Made by a program: the position numbers and the translations under genes. Positions 39,140 through 48,910 of a stretch of 64,000 nt of DNA are shown here, one piece after another. Below the pieces are notes generated by a model, which searched no databases, was not told the origin of the DNA, and saw only the letters and a program-made list of their open reading frames with translations. Within the stretch, counting starts at the first letter, position 1. Each line of letters opens with the position of its first letter. Source of the stretch: a virus. The stretch lies in IMG/VR virus record IMGVR_UViG_3300017735_002163, positions 1 through 64,000 of that record, one strand, 5' to 3'.

Positions 39140-40095
39140 TACTTTTGCCTGTTATGTCTTGTATCGTCCTTGAATGGCAAGTTATTTTCTACAATGTTTT
39201 TCCAATCAGCAATAGTCTGATCGAGGCCATCACTAAGGGCAACTTTGGGTTTCCACCCTGTCATCTTGGTTAACTTATCATTTGAACTGTTTAACAGATA
39301 TATTTCGCCTGGACGATCTGGCTTTGTGTGCCAAAACACTTCGCCTGTCCAACCAATCTTATCTGCAATTGTTTGTACATAATCTCTGATGCGTACTGCA
39401 TTGTTAGGACCAAGACAGAAGATTTCGTTAATGCATTTTTCTGGGTTTGCAATTACTGTTTCCCATGCATCAAGTAAATCATCAATGTAAATAAAGTTTC
39501 TGTAAGGTTCGCCGTATCCTAAATTAATCTCATTTGGATTTTTCAACATTTGATAAATGATTTGCTCTGTTACAAAGAAGTTATTGTCCTTTCTACCATA
39601 TGCATTTGTTTGCCTAATTATAGTATAAGGCATTTCATAACAACGTCCTGCATACTCGAGATATTTTTCACATCCGTATTTTGCAACGGCATATGGTGCA
39701 TTTGGATTTGGTTGTGTTTGTTCATCATACGCAGGAATTGTTCCATCGAAGCCCTGCTTGATAACATCACTGATAGGTTGCCAACCGTATACTTCCATTG
39801 TACTTGCAAACACAAAGTTTTTAAAATCTGGTAAGTCTCTGCAACTCTCAATTAAGTTTACTGTGCCAACATAGTTAATTTCACTAAAAGTAGTTTGTTC
39901 GTAAAAACTTTGCTCTACTTCTGTTCTTGCGGCAAGATGGACAACTATTTCAGGATTTGCTTCCTTTACTTGTCTCTTAACCTCATCGTGATCTCTGAGA
40001 TCTGCACGAAGAAAAGTTAGTTCATGATTTGGTGATAGTCTTTCGACCATGTGTTGTCCAATGAAGCCATCGGAGCCTGTAATAAAGATTCTCAT
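39139..40095 (-). CDS. NAD-dependent NDP-sugar dehydratase/epimerase (extended SDR)
   Basis: TGSDGFIG, HLAA, ASTMEVYG, YAVAK. Confidence 0.93.
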   Translation of the reverse strand: MRIFITGSDGFIGQHMVERLSPNHELTFLRADLRDHDEVKRQVKEANPEIVVHLAARTEVEQSFYEQTTFSEINYVGTVNLIESCRDLPDFKNFVFASTMEVYGWQPISDVIKQGFDGTIPAYDEQTQPNPNAPYAVAKYGCEKYLEYAGRCYEMPYTIIRQTNAYGRKDNNFFVTEQIIYQMLKNPNEINLGYGEPYRNFIYIDDLLDAWETVIANPEKCINEIFCLGPNNAVRIRDYVQTIADKIGWTGEVFWHTKPDRPGEIYLLNSSNDKLTKMTGWKPKVALSDGLDQTIADWKNIVENNLPFKDDTRHNRQK

Positions 40096-40634
40096 ATTTT
40101 TAACCTATAATCTATTAGTCCTGTTATTTGCATTGTATACCTTGGTATATAACCTAAGTTTGCAACCGTGTGTATTACGCCAGGGAAAATAAAAGTATAA
40201 TCCCCTTTGTTATAGTTATCAAAAGACTCGTCATCTATATTTAACCAATGTCCGAGTTGATGATCTTGCAAGAATATATTTATTCTAACAAGTTCTAAAT
40301 TTTCTAAAGTATCTTGATTATCTTTCAAGTATTGCTTTAGTCTATACATCGAATCCACATGTGGTGGAATAAATGTTCCTGTTGTTAATTTGTTTAAAGT
40401 AATTTGTTTGTGTTGTACCCAATCAAACTTATTACAAACATCCATAGCCCACTGTGGGCAGTCTTCTCCAAAGCACTGATATAAATGTGCAGAACCTATT
40501 GGATATGTTGGTTCAGGTACATCTAAAGTTTTCCATAAACCGTTTGCTTCATCGGTGTCTGTGCTTTCAGGGAAAACAGTATTGTTAAGCATTTCGTCGG
40601 TGACAAAATCAATATTAACATTACCTTTAATCAC
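40092..40634 (-). CDS. 2OG-Fe(II) oxygenase/cupin-like protein
   Basis: PPHVD...IHTVANLG..PRYTMQITG (HxD...H...R). Confidence 0.75.
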   Translation of the reverse strand: MIKGNVNIDFVTDEMLNNTVFPESTDTDEANGLWKTLDVPEPTYPIGSAHLYQCFGEDCPQWAMDVCNKFDWVQHKQITLNKLTTGTFIPPHVDSMYRLKQYLKDNQDTLENLELVRINIFLQDHQLGHWLNIDDESFDNYNKGDYTFIFPGVIHTVANLGYIPRYTMQITGLIDYRLKI

Positions 40635-41679
40635 AATAACTCTCTAAGCCTCCTCTTCTTCGAAGGTCGAGTGTAGCACAATGTATGCCTCCACTTAAAG
40701 TCATTGCATGTCTAAATTGAACTGGAACACAATCAATATTATGTTTTTCAAGTTCTCTCATTAATGGCTCTTGCCCTGAATCACATATAACTGTGTTAGG
40801 ATCAACACTCAATATGTTCATGCCAATATATGGTGAACAAGGATCTGGATAACCTTTAATTGCATTACCTCTGGTAACACAATCATCAAAGTATATCTTA
40901 TCCCATGACTTAAACATTTCAGGACAGTTGTCAGGTGTTACCCTTGCACTGTTTAATAAAACCAAGCCTGGTCTTAGTGGTATAATAGTGCTGTCAAAAT
41001 GTGCAAAACTATATAGTTCACTGTAATGTAATTTATATCCCATTGGTTCAAGAAAACGTTTTAACCACTTATAGCCTTTCATGTTACCTGAATTACTTAC
41101 TTGGTATAATAAATCTTTGCCTACTCTAACTATGTTAGGTGCATCAAATATGATTTCGTGATCTAATAATGTAGGTTTGCCAATTATATCTTCAAATTGA
41201 TACAAGTCATCATGTAACTTAGGTCTCGGTGCTTGTAACCACATGGCACCATCTTCGAATGCTTCATACATGATGTCTTCGTATAACCTGTTTTCAAAAT
41301 ATCTTGCTCGAACAGGACTTGGTGTTTCAATCAACATGTCACCTAACGGCAATATGCAATCACGTGGACACCAACTATACCAGCCTTTGCTTTTCCAACC
41401 TTGGCCTATGTCGTATTCTACGTTTTCCCAGTCGATAATTTTAGGTCTATGCACTTTAACACCCATTTTTGTGAGTGTGTTTGCAAGACCATCTGCGTCT
41501 TCATTGGCTTCGTCTATTACCCATTGTGGGTAAGGACCTGCCGGAGGTAATTCTTCGGGAGTTAATGTTGCATATCCAAAACTATTAGCACTTCTGTCTG
41601 TTGCTATTCTGCTGTGATGGGCATGTCCAACAATAATTTCTTCTAACGGGTCCCAGTCATTGTGTGTGTTAACTATCAT
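40627..41679 (-). CDS. Amidinotransferase (glycine/inosamine amidinotransferase family)
   Basis: NDWDPLEEIIVG, CPRD, FDA, HFDST, GGIHCATLD (Asp-His-Cys triad). Confidence 0.93.
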   Translation of the reverse strand: MIVNTHNDWDPLEEIIVGHAHHSRIATDRSANSFGYATLTPEELPPAGPYPQWVIDEANEDADGLANTLTKMGVKVHRPKIIDWENVEYDIGQGWKSKGWYSWCPRDCILPLGDMLIETPSPVRARYFENRLYEDIMYEAFEDGAMWLQAPRPKLHDDLYQFEDIIGKPTLLDHEIIFDAPNIVRVGKDLLYQVSNSGNMKGYKWLKRFLEPMGYKLHYSELYSFAHFDSTIIPLRPGLVLLNSARVTPDNCPEMFKSWDKIYFDDCVTRGNAIKGYPDPCSPYIGMNILSVDPNTVICDSGQEPLMRELEKHNIDCVPVQFRHAMTLSGGIHCATLDLRRRGGLESYCD

Positions 41680-41691
41680 GCTACTATTTAT

Positions 41692-42567
41692 TTAACAATC
41701 GCTCATAAAGTCTGAAATACAGACTCTAAAATTACCAGGAACGCCTCTGGAATACATGTAATGTCTTTCTTCGTCACCTAAACCAAATAACAGGGTATCG
41801 GTGTATACTAAATTTTCTGCTTCACACACTCTTTCATATTCTTTGCCGTGTTTATTCCAATTCCAATCAGGATCAAAGTGTTTCATAAAGTGTACACCTA
41901 AGTTCATGCTTGTTTTATTTTGGTAACCAACATCGTTGATCATTGTAACACCGTCATCAGTTGGTTTTCTTGAGAATCGAATACCAACTCTGTGTGTTTC
42001 AAGAGGGAAAAAAGGCTTGCTAAGACTGAATACAACTTCTTCTATGCATGGATATTTGTCTAAGTCTATGTGTATGTTCTTACATATACCCCAATATGCT
42101 AAGTCTAAGCACACAGGTATATCTAATGTACAACATATACGCATCATGCGTTCAAATTCAGGGTGCATACAACCAAAGTCACTAAATGGTGCTGATATAA
42201 TTAATGCATTCAGTCCTCTACCGACAAATCTGTCAGAGTTTACATCATCTATGTAAGCAAAATCTACATGTTTACCTTGGCATGCATGATATTGGAAGTC
42301 GCCAAGTAATGCATTTATTTGTCTTGTTTTACAATGGCGCAAAATAAAATTATCAAAGGCCTGACTTGTGCCTTGTGTATAATGTGCTGTGGGAAAGTTA
42401 TCAAGACCTTCTATAGATTTCATGTCAGTGTAATTAATCCACTCTCTCCATGTGTCTTCATATTCAGACATTGTTACTTCTGCAGGGGTAGTGTTCTCAT
42501 AAAAATCTAAAAGTTCTTTACTGCGTACCGGCCTTGCGCCTTTTTGGTATAACTTGTGTTGCATCAT
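41692..42567 (-). CDS. PLP-dependent (fold type I) enzyme, aminotransferase/decarboxylase-like
   Basis: GTSQAF, ISAPFS..G, LDLAY, FSLSK (PLP lysine), RVG. Confidence 0.8.
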   Translation of the reverse strand: MMQHKLYQKGARPVRSKELLDFYENTTPAEVTMSEYEDTWREWINYTDMKSIEGLDNFPTAHYTQGTSQAFDNFILRHCKTRQINALLGDFQYHACQGKHVDFAYIDDVNSDRFVGRGLNALIISAPFSDFGCMHPEFERMMRICCTLDIPVCLDLAYWGICKNIHIDLDKYPCIEEVVFSLSKPFFPLETHRVGIRFSRKPTDDGVTMINDVGYQNKTSMNLGVHFMKHFDPDWNWNKHGKEYERVCEAENLVYTDTLLFGLGDEERHYMYSRGVPGNFRVCISDFMSDC

Positions 42568-42572
42568 ACCAA

Positions 42573-42616
42573 TATTTATCAGTACTATTTTTGCATGGCG
42601 AAAGTTCTGATAAATA
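42573..42616. promoter_or_regulatory. Divergent late promoters for the enzyme cluster (-) and neck/lysozyme block (+)
   Basis: tatttatc 42573-42580 and gataaata 42609-42616, each 5 nt from an ATG. Confidence 0.78.
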
Positions 42617-42621
42617 GTGTT

Positions 42622-43680
42622 ATGCCTAAATTAAGTTTATGGAATCCGGTTAAAACACATGACTTCAACTTTATCGATAGAATAGTTGGAGAGCATATCT
42701 ATGCCGGAGGAACAGGTGTCCACATACACAAATATATGGGGATTACCGATAGCGATACAACAAATGACCCGACCAGACCAGGTGGAGTAAACACCAATGA
42801 ATTGTTTATACAAGATTTGTTATTTTTGGAAAACAGAGATAGAAAATACAGTAAAGACATTTTTGAACTGCGTGGGCAATATAACTTAGGCGATAATGAT
42901 GCATTTGATCTAACACAGTTTGGTGCCTTTCTTGCAAACGATACACTGTTTATGAATTTTCATACAGAAAGTATGGTAGATGCAATAGGAAGAAAACTAA
43001 TGCCGGGTGATGTTTTAGAATTACCACATTTACGTGATGATTTATTACTGGGCAGTGACGAAGCAATAAATAGATTTTATGTAGTGCAAGAAGGTTCAAG
43101 ACCTGCAGAAGGATATGATCCACGTTGGTGGTCACACTTGTGGAGAGTAAAACTTGGTCCTATAACAGACAGTCAAGAATACAGAGATATACTTGGCACT
43201 GGCGAAGAAGAAGGCGACTTGCGTAACTTAATGAGTAAGTATGCAGATGAAATTATCATCAATGATGCAATACTTACCCAAGCAGAAAGCGATGTGCCAA
43301 GCGATCCGCAGGTTAGAGATACTTCTCATTTATATTATGATGAAGCATCAGGTAAACCTCGTATCGATTTACAATTTGGGGCGGACGGTAATACTCCACC
43401 CAATGGAGCCACTCTGGTAGGCAGTGGCGAAACATTCCCAGTTACAAATATTGCTAACGGTTCATACTTTTTACGTACAGACTTTACACCTAACAGGTTG
43501 TTTAGAAAAGACGGAACAAGATGGATTAAAATTAGTGACGATAATCAACGCTCGTGGGCGGCGGCAAATAGAGCATTAACATCATTTATAAATAACGATT
43601 CAAGTTTTGTTGAAGATGGCGAAATAAGAAACGAAAAAACAAATTTAAGTAAGGTTATTAAACCACGAACAGACGATTAG
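42622..43680 (+). CDS. Neck/head-closure protein (gp14-like)
   Basis: QDLLFLENRDRKY, DLTQFG, PGDVLELP; start refined. Confidence 0.7.
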   Translation: MPKLSLWNPVKTHDFNFIDRIVGEHIYAGGTGVHIHKYMGITDSDTTNDPTRPGGVNTNELFIQDLLFLENRDRKYSKDIFELRGQYNLGDNDAFDLTQFGAFLANDTLFMNFHTESMVDAIGRKLMPGDVLELPHLRDDLLLGSDEAINRFYVVQEGSRPAEGYDPRWWSHLWRVKLGPITDSQEYRDILGTGEEEGDLRNLMSKYADEIIINDAILTQAESDVPSDPQVRDTSHLYYDEASGKPRIDLQFGADGNTPPNGATLVGSGETFPVTNIANGSYFLRTDFTPNRLFRKDGTRWIKISDDNQRSWAAANRALTSFINNDSSFVEDGEIRNEKTNLSKVIKPRTDD

Positions 43681-43688
43681 GAGAAAAA

Positions 43689-44159
43689 ATGTTTTTTGGA
43701 AAAGATACAAAATTAGATAGGGAGGCTGTTTTCGAACAGTTAAAAATAGACGAAGGAGTAGTAAATGAAATTTACCACGATCATCTCGGATATCCGACTT
43801 TTGGTGTGGGTCACTTGGTATTGGAGTCAGATCCTGAGCACGGAGCAGAAATTGGCACTCCGGTTTCAGAAGAAAGAGTACGAGAGTGCTTTGAAAAAGA
43901 CCTCGACACCGCAATTAGCGAGTGTGAATTGCTATACGAAGCAGGGGTATTTGGAGATTTACCAGACGAAGTCCAGCAGATCCTGGTCAATATGATGTTT
44001 AATATGGGCAGGACAAGACTAAGTAAGTTTAAGAAAATGCATGCCGGAATACTTGAAGGGGATTGGAAGGAAGCGGCCAAGGAAGGCAGAGATTCAAGAT
44101 GGCATAAACAAGTTACTAATCGTGCTGAAAGATTAATGGAAAGATTAGAGAACGTATAA
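43689..44159 (+). CDS. T4-type lysozyme (GH24)
   Basis: DEG...YHDHLGYPTFGVGH (E-x8-D-x5-T), NMMFNMG, SRWHKQVTNRA. Confidence 0.93.
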   Translation: MFFGKDTKLDREAVFEQLKIDEGVVNEIYHDHLGYPTFGVGHLVLESDPEHGAEIGTPVSEERVRECFEKDLDTAISECELLYEAGVFGDLPDEVQQILVNMMFNMGRTRLSKFKKMHAGILEGDWKEAAKEGRDSRWHKQVTNRAERLMERLENV

Positions 44160-44342
44160 ATGAGGAGAGGGTCAAAAGTTCGTGACCCAATCGAATATAT
44201 CAACGTAAGAATTGATATGCTTGTTAAAGAACGAACTAAAAACGATAACGAAACTGCACACATGGTAATAGATAAATGTGTAGGTGAGTTAAGTTATGTG
44301 TTAGAACTGTTAGAGAGAAATAAATGTCAGACATCAGAGTAA
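44160..44342 (+). CDS. Small hypothetical protein
   Basis: 60 aa, abuts the lysozyme stop. Confidence 0.6.
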   Translation: MRRGSKVRDPIEYINVRIDMLVKERTKNDNETAHMVIDKCVGELSYVLELLERNKCQTSE

Positions 44343-44446
44343 AAGAACCTCAATTTCCAGAAGAGGGCGAGTATACTTTAGATACGTCTGGCAATCTTGT
44401 ACAGTATGTTAACGGACAATGGATAAAAGCAGACAATGGCAGGTAA
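44324..44446 (+). CDS. 40-aa hypothetical protein (MSDIRVKEPQFPEEGEY...NGQWIKADNGR)
   Basis: Fills the gap between 44342 and 44436 and overlaps both neighbours. Confidence 0.5.
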   Translation: MSDIRVKEPQFPEEGEYTLDTSGNLVQYVNGQWIKADNGR

Positions 44447-45779
44447 AAATTTAGATTACTGGTACGATGAACAGATAAAACGTTATCTAATTCAACTTGT
44501 CAGAGTATTCTCAAACTTTCAAGTAAAAGAAAATACCGAAAATGGTGTTCACTACAATAGAGTTCCTGCACGTTATGGTGACATGAGTAGAATGGTTGCA
44601 CAAATATTGCGTAACAATTCTGAGAATGCAATTAATAATGCACCTCAAATTACTATAGGAATACAAAGCATACAGCCAGCAAGAGATAGAACTGCTGAAC
44701 CGTATCATGTAGACACCACGCAAGTTGCTGAACGTGACTGGAACAAAGAAGACAAACGTTATACAAGTGATCAAGGTAACTTGTACACTACACAACGTTA
44801 TATGCCAGTACCGTATAACTTAAATATACAAGTTGATATATGGACCACTAACACTGATACAAAATTACAAATTTTAGAACAAGTATTTGTATTATTTAAC
44901 CCAAGTATACAACTGCAATCAAATGATAATCCTCTTGACTGGACCAGTGTGTTTGAAGTTGAGATGACTGACATACAGTGGAGCAGTAGAGGTATACCTG
45001 CAGGCGTAGATGAGCAATTAGACATAGCAACATTAACATTTGCTGTGCCAATTTGGATATCACCACCTGCAAAAGTACAAAGACAAAAAATTATACAACG
45101 AATAGTAAATGATATTTACAAAACAACAGACATATCAAACTTAGGGTACAGCGAAGACTATCATGACTTCTTTAGTCAAGTACCAGATGATGCTGTTGTG
45201 GTTGTTGCCCCTGGGGATTACCAAATTCAAATAGCATCTGGTAGTGCAACATTGATAAACTCAGCAGGTGTAGGTCAAAAATGGGCAGACATCATTGAAA
45301 TGCAAGGTGAGTTATCTAATACCAGTAGGATAGAATTAAATTTAGAAGACAATATACAGGACAGAACCAAATTAGTTATAGGTAGCATTTCTAAAAATCC
45401 AATAGCAGAAGACACATTGATATTTAATTTAGATGCAGACACGTTGCCCACTGACACTATTGCTAATGTAGATAAAATTATAGACCCAAGAGCAAGTAGA
45501 CCCGGTGATGTACTGTTAGGTTCAGCACTTGGGCAAAGATATTTACTGTCAGAAGATGTCAGTATCGATTATGTTGAATGGGGCATAGAAGCAAAAGCAA
45601 ACGACATAGTAGAATACGACGGTGCAAAATGGATTGTTGCATTTGACAGTTCAGCAGTTGACAGCGAAGCATTTGTTACTAATGCATACACAAATGCACA
45701 ATTCAAATGGACTGGTACACAATGGATTAGCAGTTGGCAAGGAACATATAATCCAGGGTACTGGAGGTTGATACTTTGA
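44436..45779 (+). CDS. Tail terminator/sheath stabiliser (gp15-like) with C-terminal extension
   Basis: YDEQIKRY, VPARYG, PVPYNL, QILEQV...FNP, WISPP. Confidence 0.8.
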   Translation: MAGKNLDYWYDEQIKRYLIQLVRVFSNFQVKENTENGVHYNRVPARYGDMSRMVAQILRNNSENAINNAPQITIGIQSIQPARDRTAEPYHVDTTQVAERDWNKEDKRYTSDQGNLYTTQRYMPVPYNLNIQVDIWTTNTDTKLQILEQVFVLFNPSIQLQSNDNPLDWTSVFEVEMTDIQWSSRGIPAGVDEQLDIATLTFAVPIWISPPAKVQRQKIIQRIVNDIYKTTDISNLGYSEDYHDFFSQVPDDAVVVVAPGDYQIQIASGSATLINSAGVGQKWADIIEMQGELSNTSRIELNLEDNIQDRTKLVIGSISKNPIAEDTLIFNLDADTLPTDTIANVDKIIDPRASRPGDVLLGSALGQRYLLSEDVSIDYVEWGIEAKANDIVEYDGAKWIVAFDSSAVDSEAFVTNAYTNAQFKWTGTQWISSWQGTYNPGYWRLIL

Positions 45780-46198
45780 CAGTAGCCGCCGGTGTTGTTT
45801 TTCTTGCTAAAGATACGGGAAGATGTATGTTGCAATTACGCGAAGGCAACAAACGTTTCAATCACACATGGGGTTTTTGGGGAGGCATGATTGAAGATAA
45901 AGAATCTCCGTACGAATGCATCCAACGAGAACTAACAGAAGAAATAGGCTTTATTCCAGAACTTAAAAAACTAAATCCTATCGATGTTTACCAAAGCAAA
46001 GACAAGAACTTTTACTATTACAGTTTTGTTTATGTAGTAGAAGAGGAATTTTCGCCAGTATTAAATGGAGAAAGTGCCGGGTATGCTTGGGTAGATGTTG
46101 GGGTATGGCCGAGACCATTACACCAAGGCGCACATATTACACTGAACAAGAACAGAGGCACGGACAAAATACACACTATATTGAACATTAATAGGTAA
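45776..46198 (+). CDS. Nudix hydrolase
   Basis: GGMIEDKESPYECIQRELTEEIG Nudix box. Confidence 0.92.
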   Translation: MTVAAGVVFLAKDTGRCMLQLREGNKRFNHTWGFWGGMIEDKESPYECIQRELTEEIGFIPELKKLNPIDVYQSKDKNFYYYSFVYVVEEEFSPVLNGESAGYAWVDVGVWPRPLHQGAHITLNKNRGTDKIHTILNINR

Positions 46199-46205
46199 GA
46201 GTATT

Positions 46206-46832
46206 GTGTCTAAAATAGTTAATTTTACTTGTCTACGTATTCAAGCAGAGTTAGACAAATATAGCAGAACAAAAACCATTCCACATGATTTATTAGATGG
46301 ACTTTGGACCATTGACGATATAGAGTCCTGTTTAGAACATATGCCAAAACGTTATCAGCGTTGGGGTAAAAAATTAATAAAAGAATATACAGAATTTTTA
46401 GACAGTAATGTTGACGAATTAAAAAAAGCATTACGCAAAGAATACACTGCTGGTATGAAAGCGGCACGAACACGTGATAAACATTTTAGTTTCCCAAGAG
46501 TTCTTAATAGATATCGCCCAGATATAAATCCTATACGTGCATTATATTACGAAGCACGTAATTTAACAAGAGCATACGATTCAGAAGATGAATATCATCA
46601 ATGGCTTGCAGAATTAGTAACTGATAAATCATTTAATAATGCTATGCTTGATGCAATGTCACATGATATAAAACGTTTAGAACGTGTGATACAACGTTAC
46701 TACTGGCCTATGTTAAAATTAGAAGAAGAACAGATACCGCTTGAATTATTTCATGCAAGACAATTGATAAAAGATGCAAGACATTATTACAACTTCTTTC
46801 TTAATTTACAAAACTGGCGACCGGACGAATAA
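46206..46832 (+). CDS. Hypothetical protein
   Basis: 208-aa ORF, GTG start. Confidence 0.7.
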   Translation: MSKIVNFTCLRIQAELDKYSRTKTIPHDLLDGLWTIDDIESCLEHMPKRYQRWGKKLIKEYTEFLDSNVDELKKALRKEYTAGMKAARTRDKHFSFPRVLNRYRPDINPIRALYYEARNLTRAYDSEDEYHQWLAELVTDKSFNNAMLDAMSHDIKRLERVIQRYYWPMLKLEEEQIPLELFHARQLIKDARHYYNFFLNLQNWRPDE

Positions 46833-48890
46833 TTATTTACTTGTAGCAATAAATATTCCATCCCAATCTTTTGGAAGTGTTTGAGTCTTTTGAAATTCGC
46901 AACGCTCAATCCACATATCATAATAACCTTTCATCTTGCCATCAAAATGCGTCTCTAATAATTTACACAATTTAATTGCTCTATCAAACTCTTGGTTTCT
47001 ATAATGTGTATGCATTGCATTATGCATCTCTTTAGACTTAGCATGTTTATCTGCTTTATAATCAAGCACAGTGTATATTTCAATGCCTATTGTTTTACCT
47101 TTAACTGCCAAGTCATCAACTTTTAAATAAAAGAATTCGTTTTTAGTTTTGTGATATGTACTACCACCGACTAATAGTAAGCACCCGTATTCCTTACACT
47201 TAGACTCAATTCGTGCGGCAGTTGATACAGCATCTCCAAGTACATCATAACTATGTCTGCTTGTAGAGCCCATCTCACCGAGATAACCAACGCCAGTGTT
47301 AATGCCAGCCCCCATACCAATTGGAGGTCTTCCTTCTGCTGTGATCTTATCATTAAATTTCTCCACTGCTCTCAGCATATCCAAACCTGTTTGCACTGCT
47401 GAGTGTTCATGCTTTGCATCATCGTTTGGTGCATTGTGTATATGCATACTTGCATCACCTATGTACTTGATAATCATACCGTCTGCATCAAGTACAGGTT
47501 GTGTGATAGCATCCATATAACCATTCATTAGTTTTGTGAGTCCTTGTACATCATCTCCAAAACTTTCACCTAATGGTGTGAAGCCACGCAAGTCTGAGAA
47601 GCATATTGATATCTCTCGCTTCATGCCTTCTTTGATCAATGCAGGATTTTCTTGTAACATACGCACAACTGTGGGTGAACAATATCCTGCAAATTGCTTT
47701 TCTATTTCTTGTCTTAATTTAAACTGTATCCAGAAGTTGTTAAAACTTGCCTGTGTAAATATTAAAAATGTTGCTATTGCAGGATATGTAGCATCAAATA
47801 AAACTAAGTTTGCTGTATAAGAATGTATAGTATAATAAGCAATAGACCCTATAATGCTTATTATACTAAACAATCCTGCCCATACAGGCAACTTGTATAT
47901 TGCTAAAGCAACTAATACCATGCTCAACAACGCACACACAAGCTCTGTAAGCGACGATAATTCTGATCTGGTAATGTTACTCCCATCTATAAAATTCTGT
48001 AGCATGTGTGCTTGTATATGCTGTGGATATATGTTGCCTATCGGAGTGGGCACCGGATTGGCAACACCTTCTGCACTCACACCCACTATGACGAACTTGC
48101 CGCCCATATTCGGTAAACTGTCTGCACCAGTGTATTCTATTTCTTCGAATGTATTATTAAAACGTATGTATGCTGTTCCATCGCCTTGTGTTACTACAGG
48201 AACAAATGGTGGTATAGCAAATTCTTGTATTCCTATCTCACTTGTTTTAATCATGTAACTGGGTTGACCAGTTTGCACTCTTAACATTTCAATTGCAAAC
48301 GAAGGATATATTTTATCCGCTACTGTGATTGCAAGTGGGTATGTTCTTGTTTGATTATCTGGTTGTGGTGCTGATGCATTAATACCAATACCAGATGCTA
48401 CTGTTTCCAACTCTGCTATATTTGTTACCAGATTTTTCCAAGTCAATAAGTGTTGCTGAGCCGGGCTCGGGCCTATTGTACCAGTCCCTATATGCGGGCC
48501 GGAACTCCTCACCCCTTTGGAACTTGGGGTCTGGGATAAAACTATTCCGTTTCCTTTTATCCATGATGCAAAGACTTCGTCTCCTCCAAAACGATCTACT
48601 TCAGGGAACATTAATGTAAAACCTACTATCCCTTGATTTTTTTGTCTTATGTCGTATATCATTTGTGCATAAGACTGCCTGGGAAATGGATACTGGCCTA
48701 AAGCATCTAAACTTTTTTCACCGAGATTAATTATAACTACTTCGTTACTTTGTTTTGTTTCGTCAAGTTGTTGGTAATAATCAAATGTCTGCGAACGCAA
48801 ACTTTGTAGTGGTGTAGGATCTGATATTCTCAAACCAAGTAATAAGCATATTGTTACTGCTACTGCCCAGCCGCTGTATAACCATTTCAT
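46833..48890 (-). CDS. CHASE2-domain class III adenylate cyclase
   Basis: N-terminal TM, CHASE2 (QYPFPR, VPTPIG), 3 TMs, FSDLRGFT, KYIGDA, GINTG, YDVLGDAVSTAARIE. Confidence 0.93.
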   Translation of the reverse strand: MKWLYSGWAVAVTICLLLGLRISDPTPLQSLRSQTFDYYQQLDETKQSNEVVIINLGEKSLDALGQYPFPRQSYAQMIYDIRQKNQGIVGFTLMFPEVDRFGGDEVFASWIKGNGIVLSQTPSSKGVRSSGPHIGTGTIGPSPAQQHLLTWKNLVTNIAELETVASGIGINASAPQPDNQTRTYPLAITVADKIYPSFAIEMLRVQTGQPSYMIKTSEIGIQEFAIPPFVPVVTQGDGTAYIRFNNTFEEIEYTGADSLPNMGGKFVIVGVSAEGVANPVPTPIGNIYPQHIQAHMLQNFIDGSNITRSELSSLTELVCALLSMVLVALAIYKLPVWAGLFSIISIIGSIAYYTIHSYTANLVLFDATYPAIATFLIFTQASFNNFWIQFKLRQEIEKQFAGYCSPTVVRMLQENPALIKEGMKREISICFSDLRGFTPLGESFGDDVQGLTKLMNGYMDAITQPVLDADGMIIKYIGDASMHIHNAPNDDAKHEHSAVQTGLDMLRAVEKFNDKITAEGRPPIGMGAGINTGVGYLGEMGSTSRHSYDVLGDAVSTAARIESKCKEYGCLLLVGGSTYHKTKNEFFYLKVDDLAVKGKTIGIEIYTVLDYKADKHAKSKEMHNAMHTHYRNQEFDRAIKLCKLLETHFDGKMKGYYDMWIERCEFQKTQTLPKDWDGIFIATSK

Positions 48891-48910
48891 AGTTATATTT
48901 ATCGTAAATA

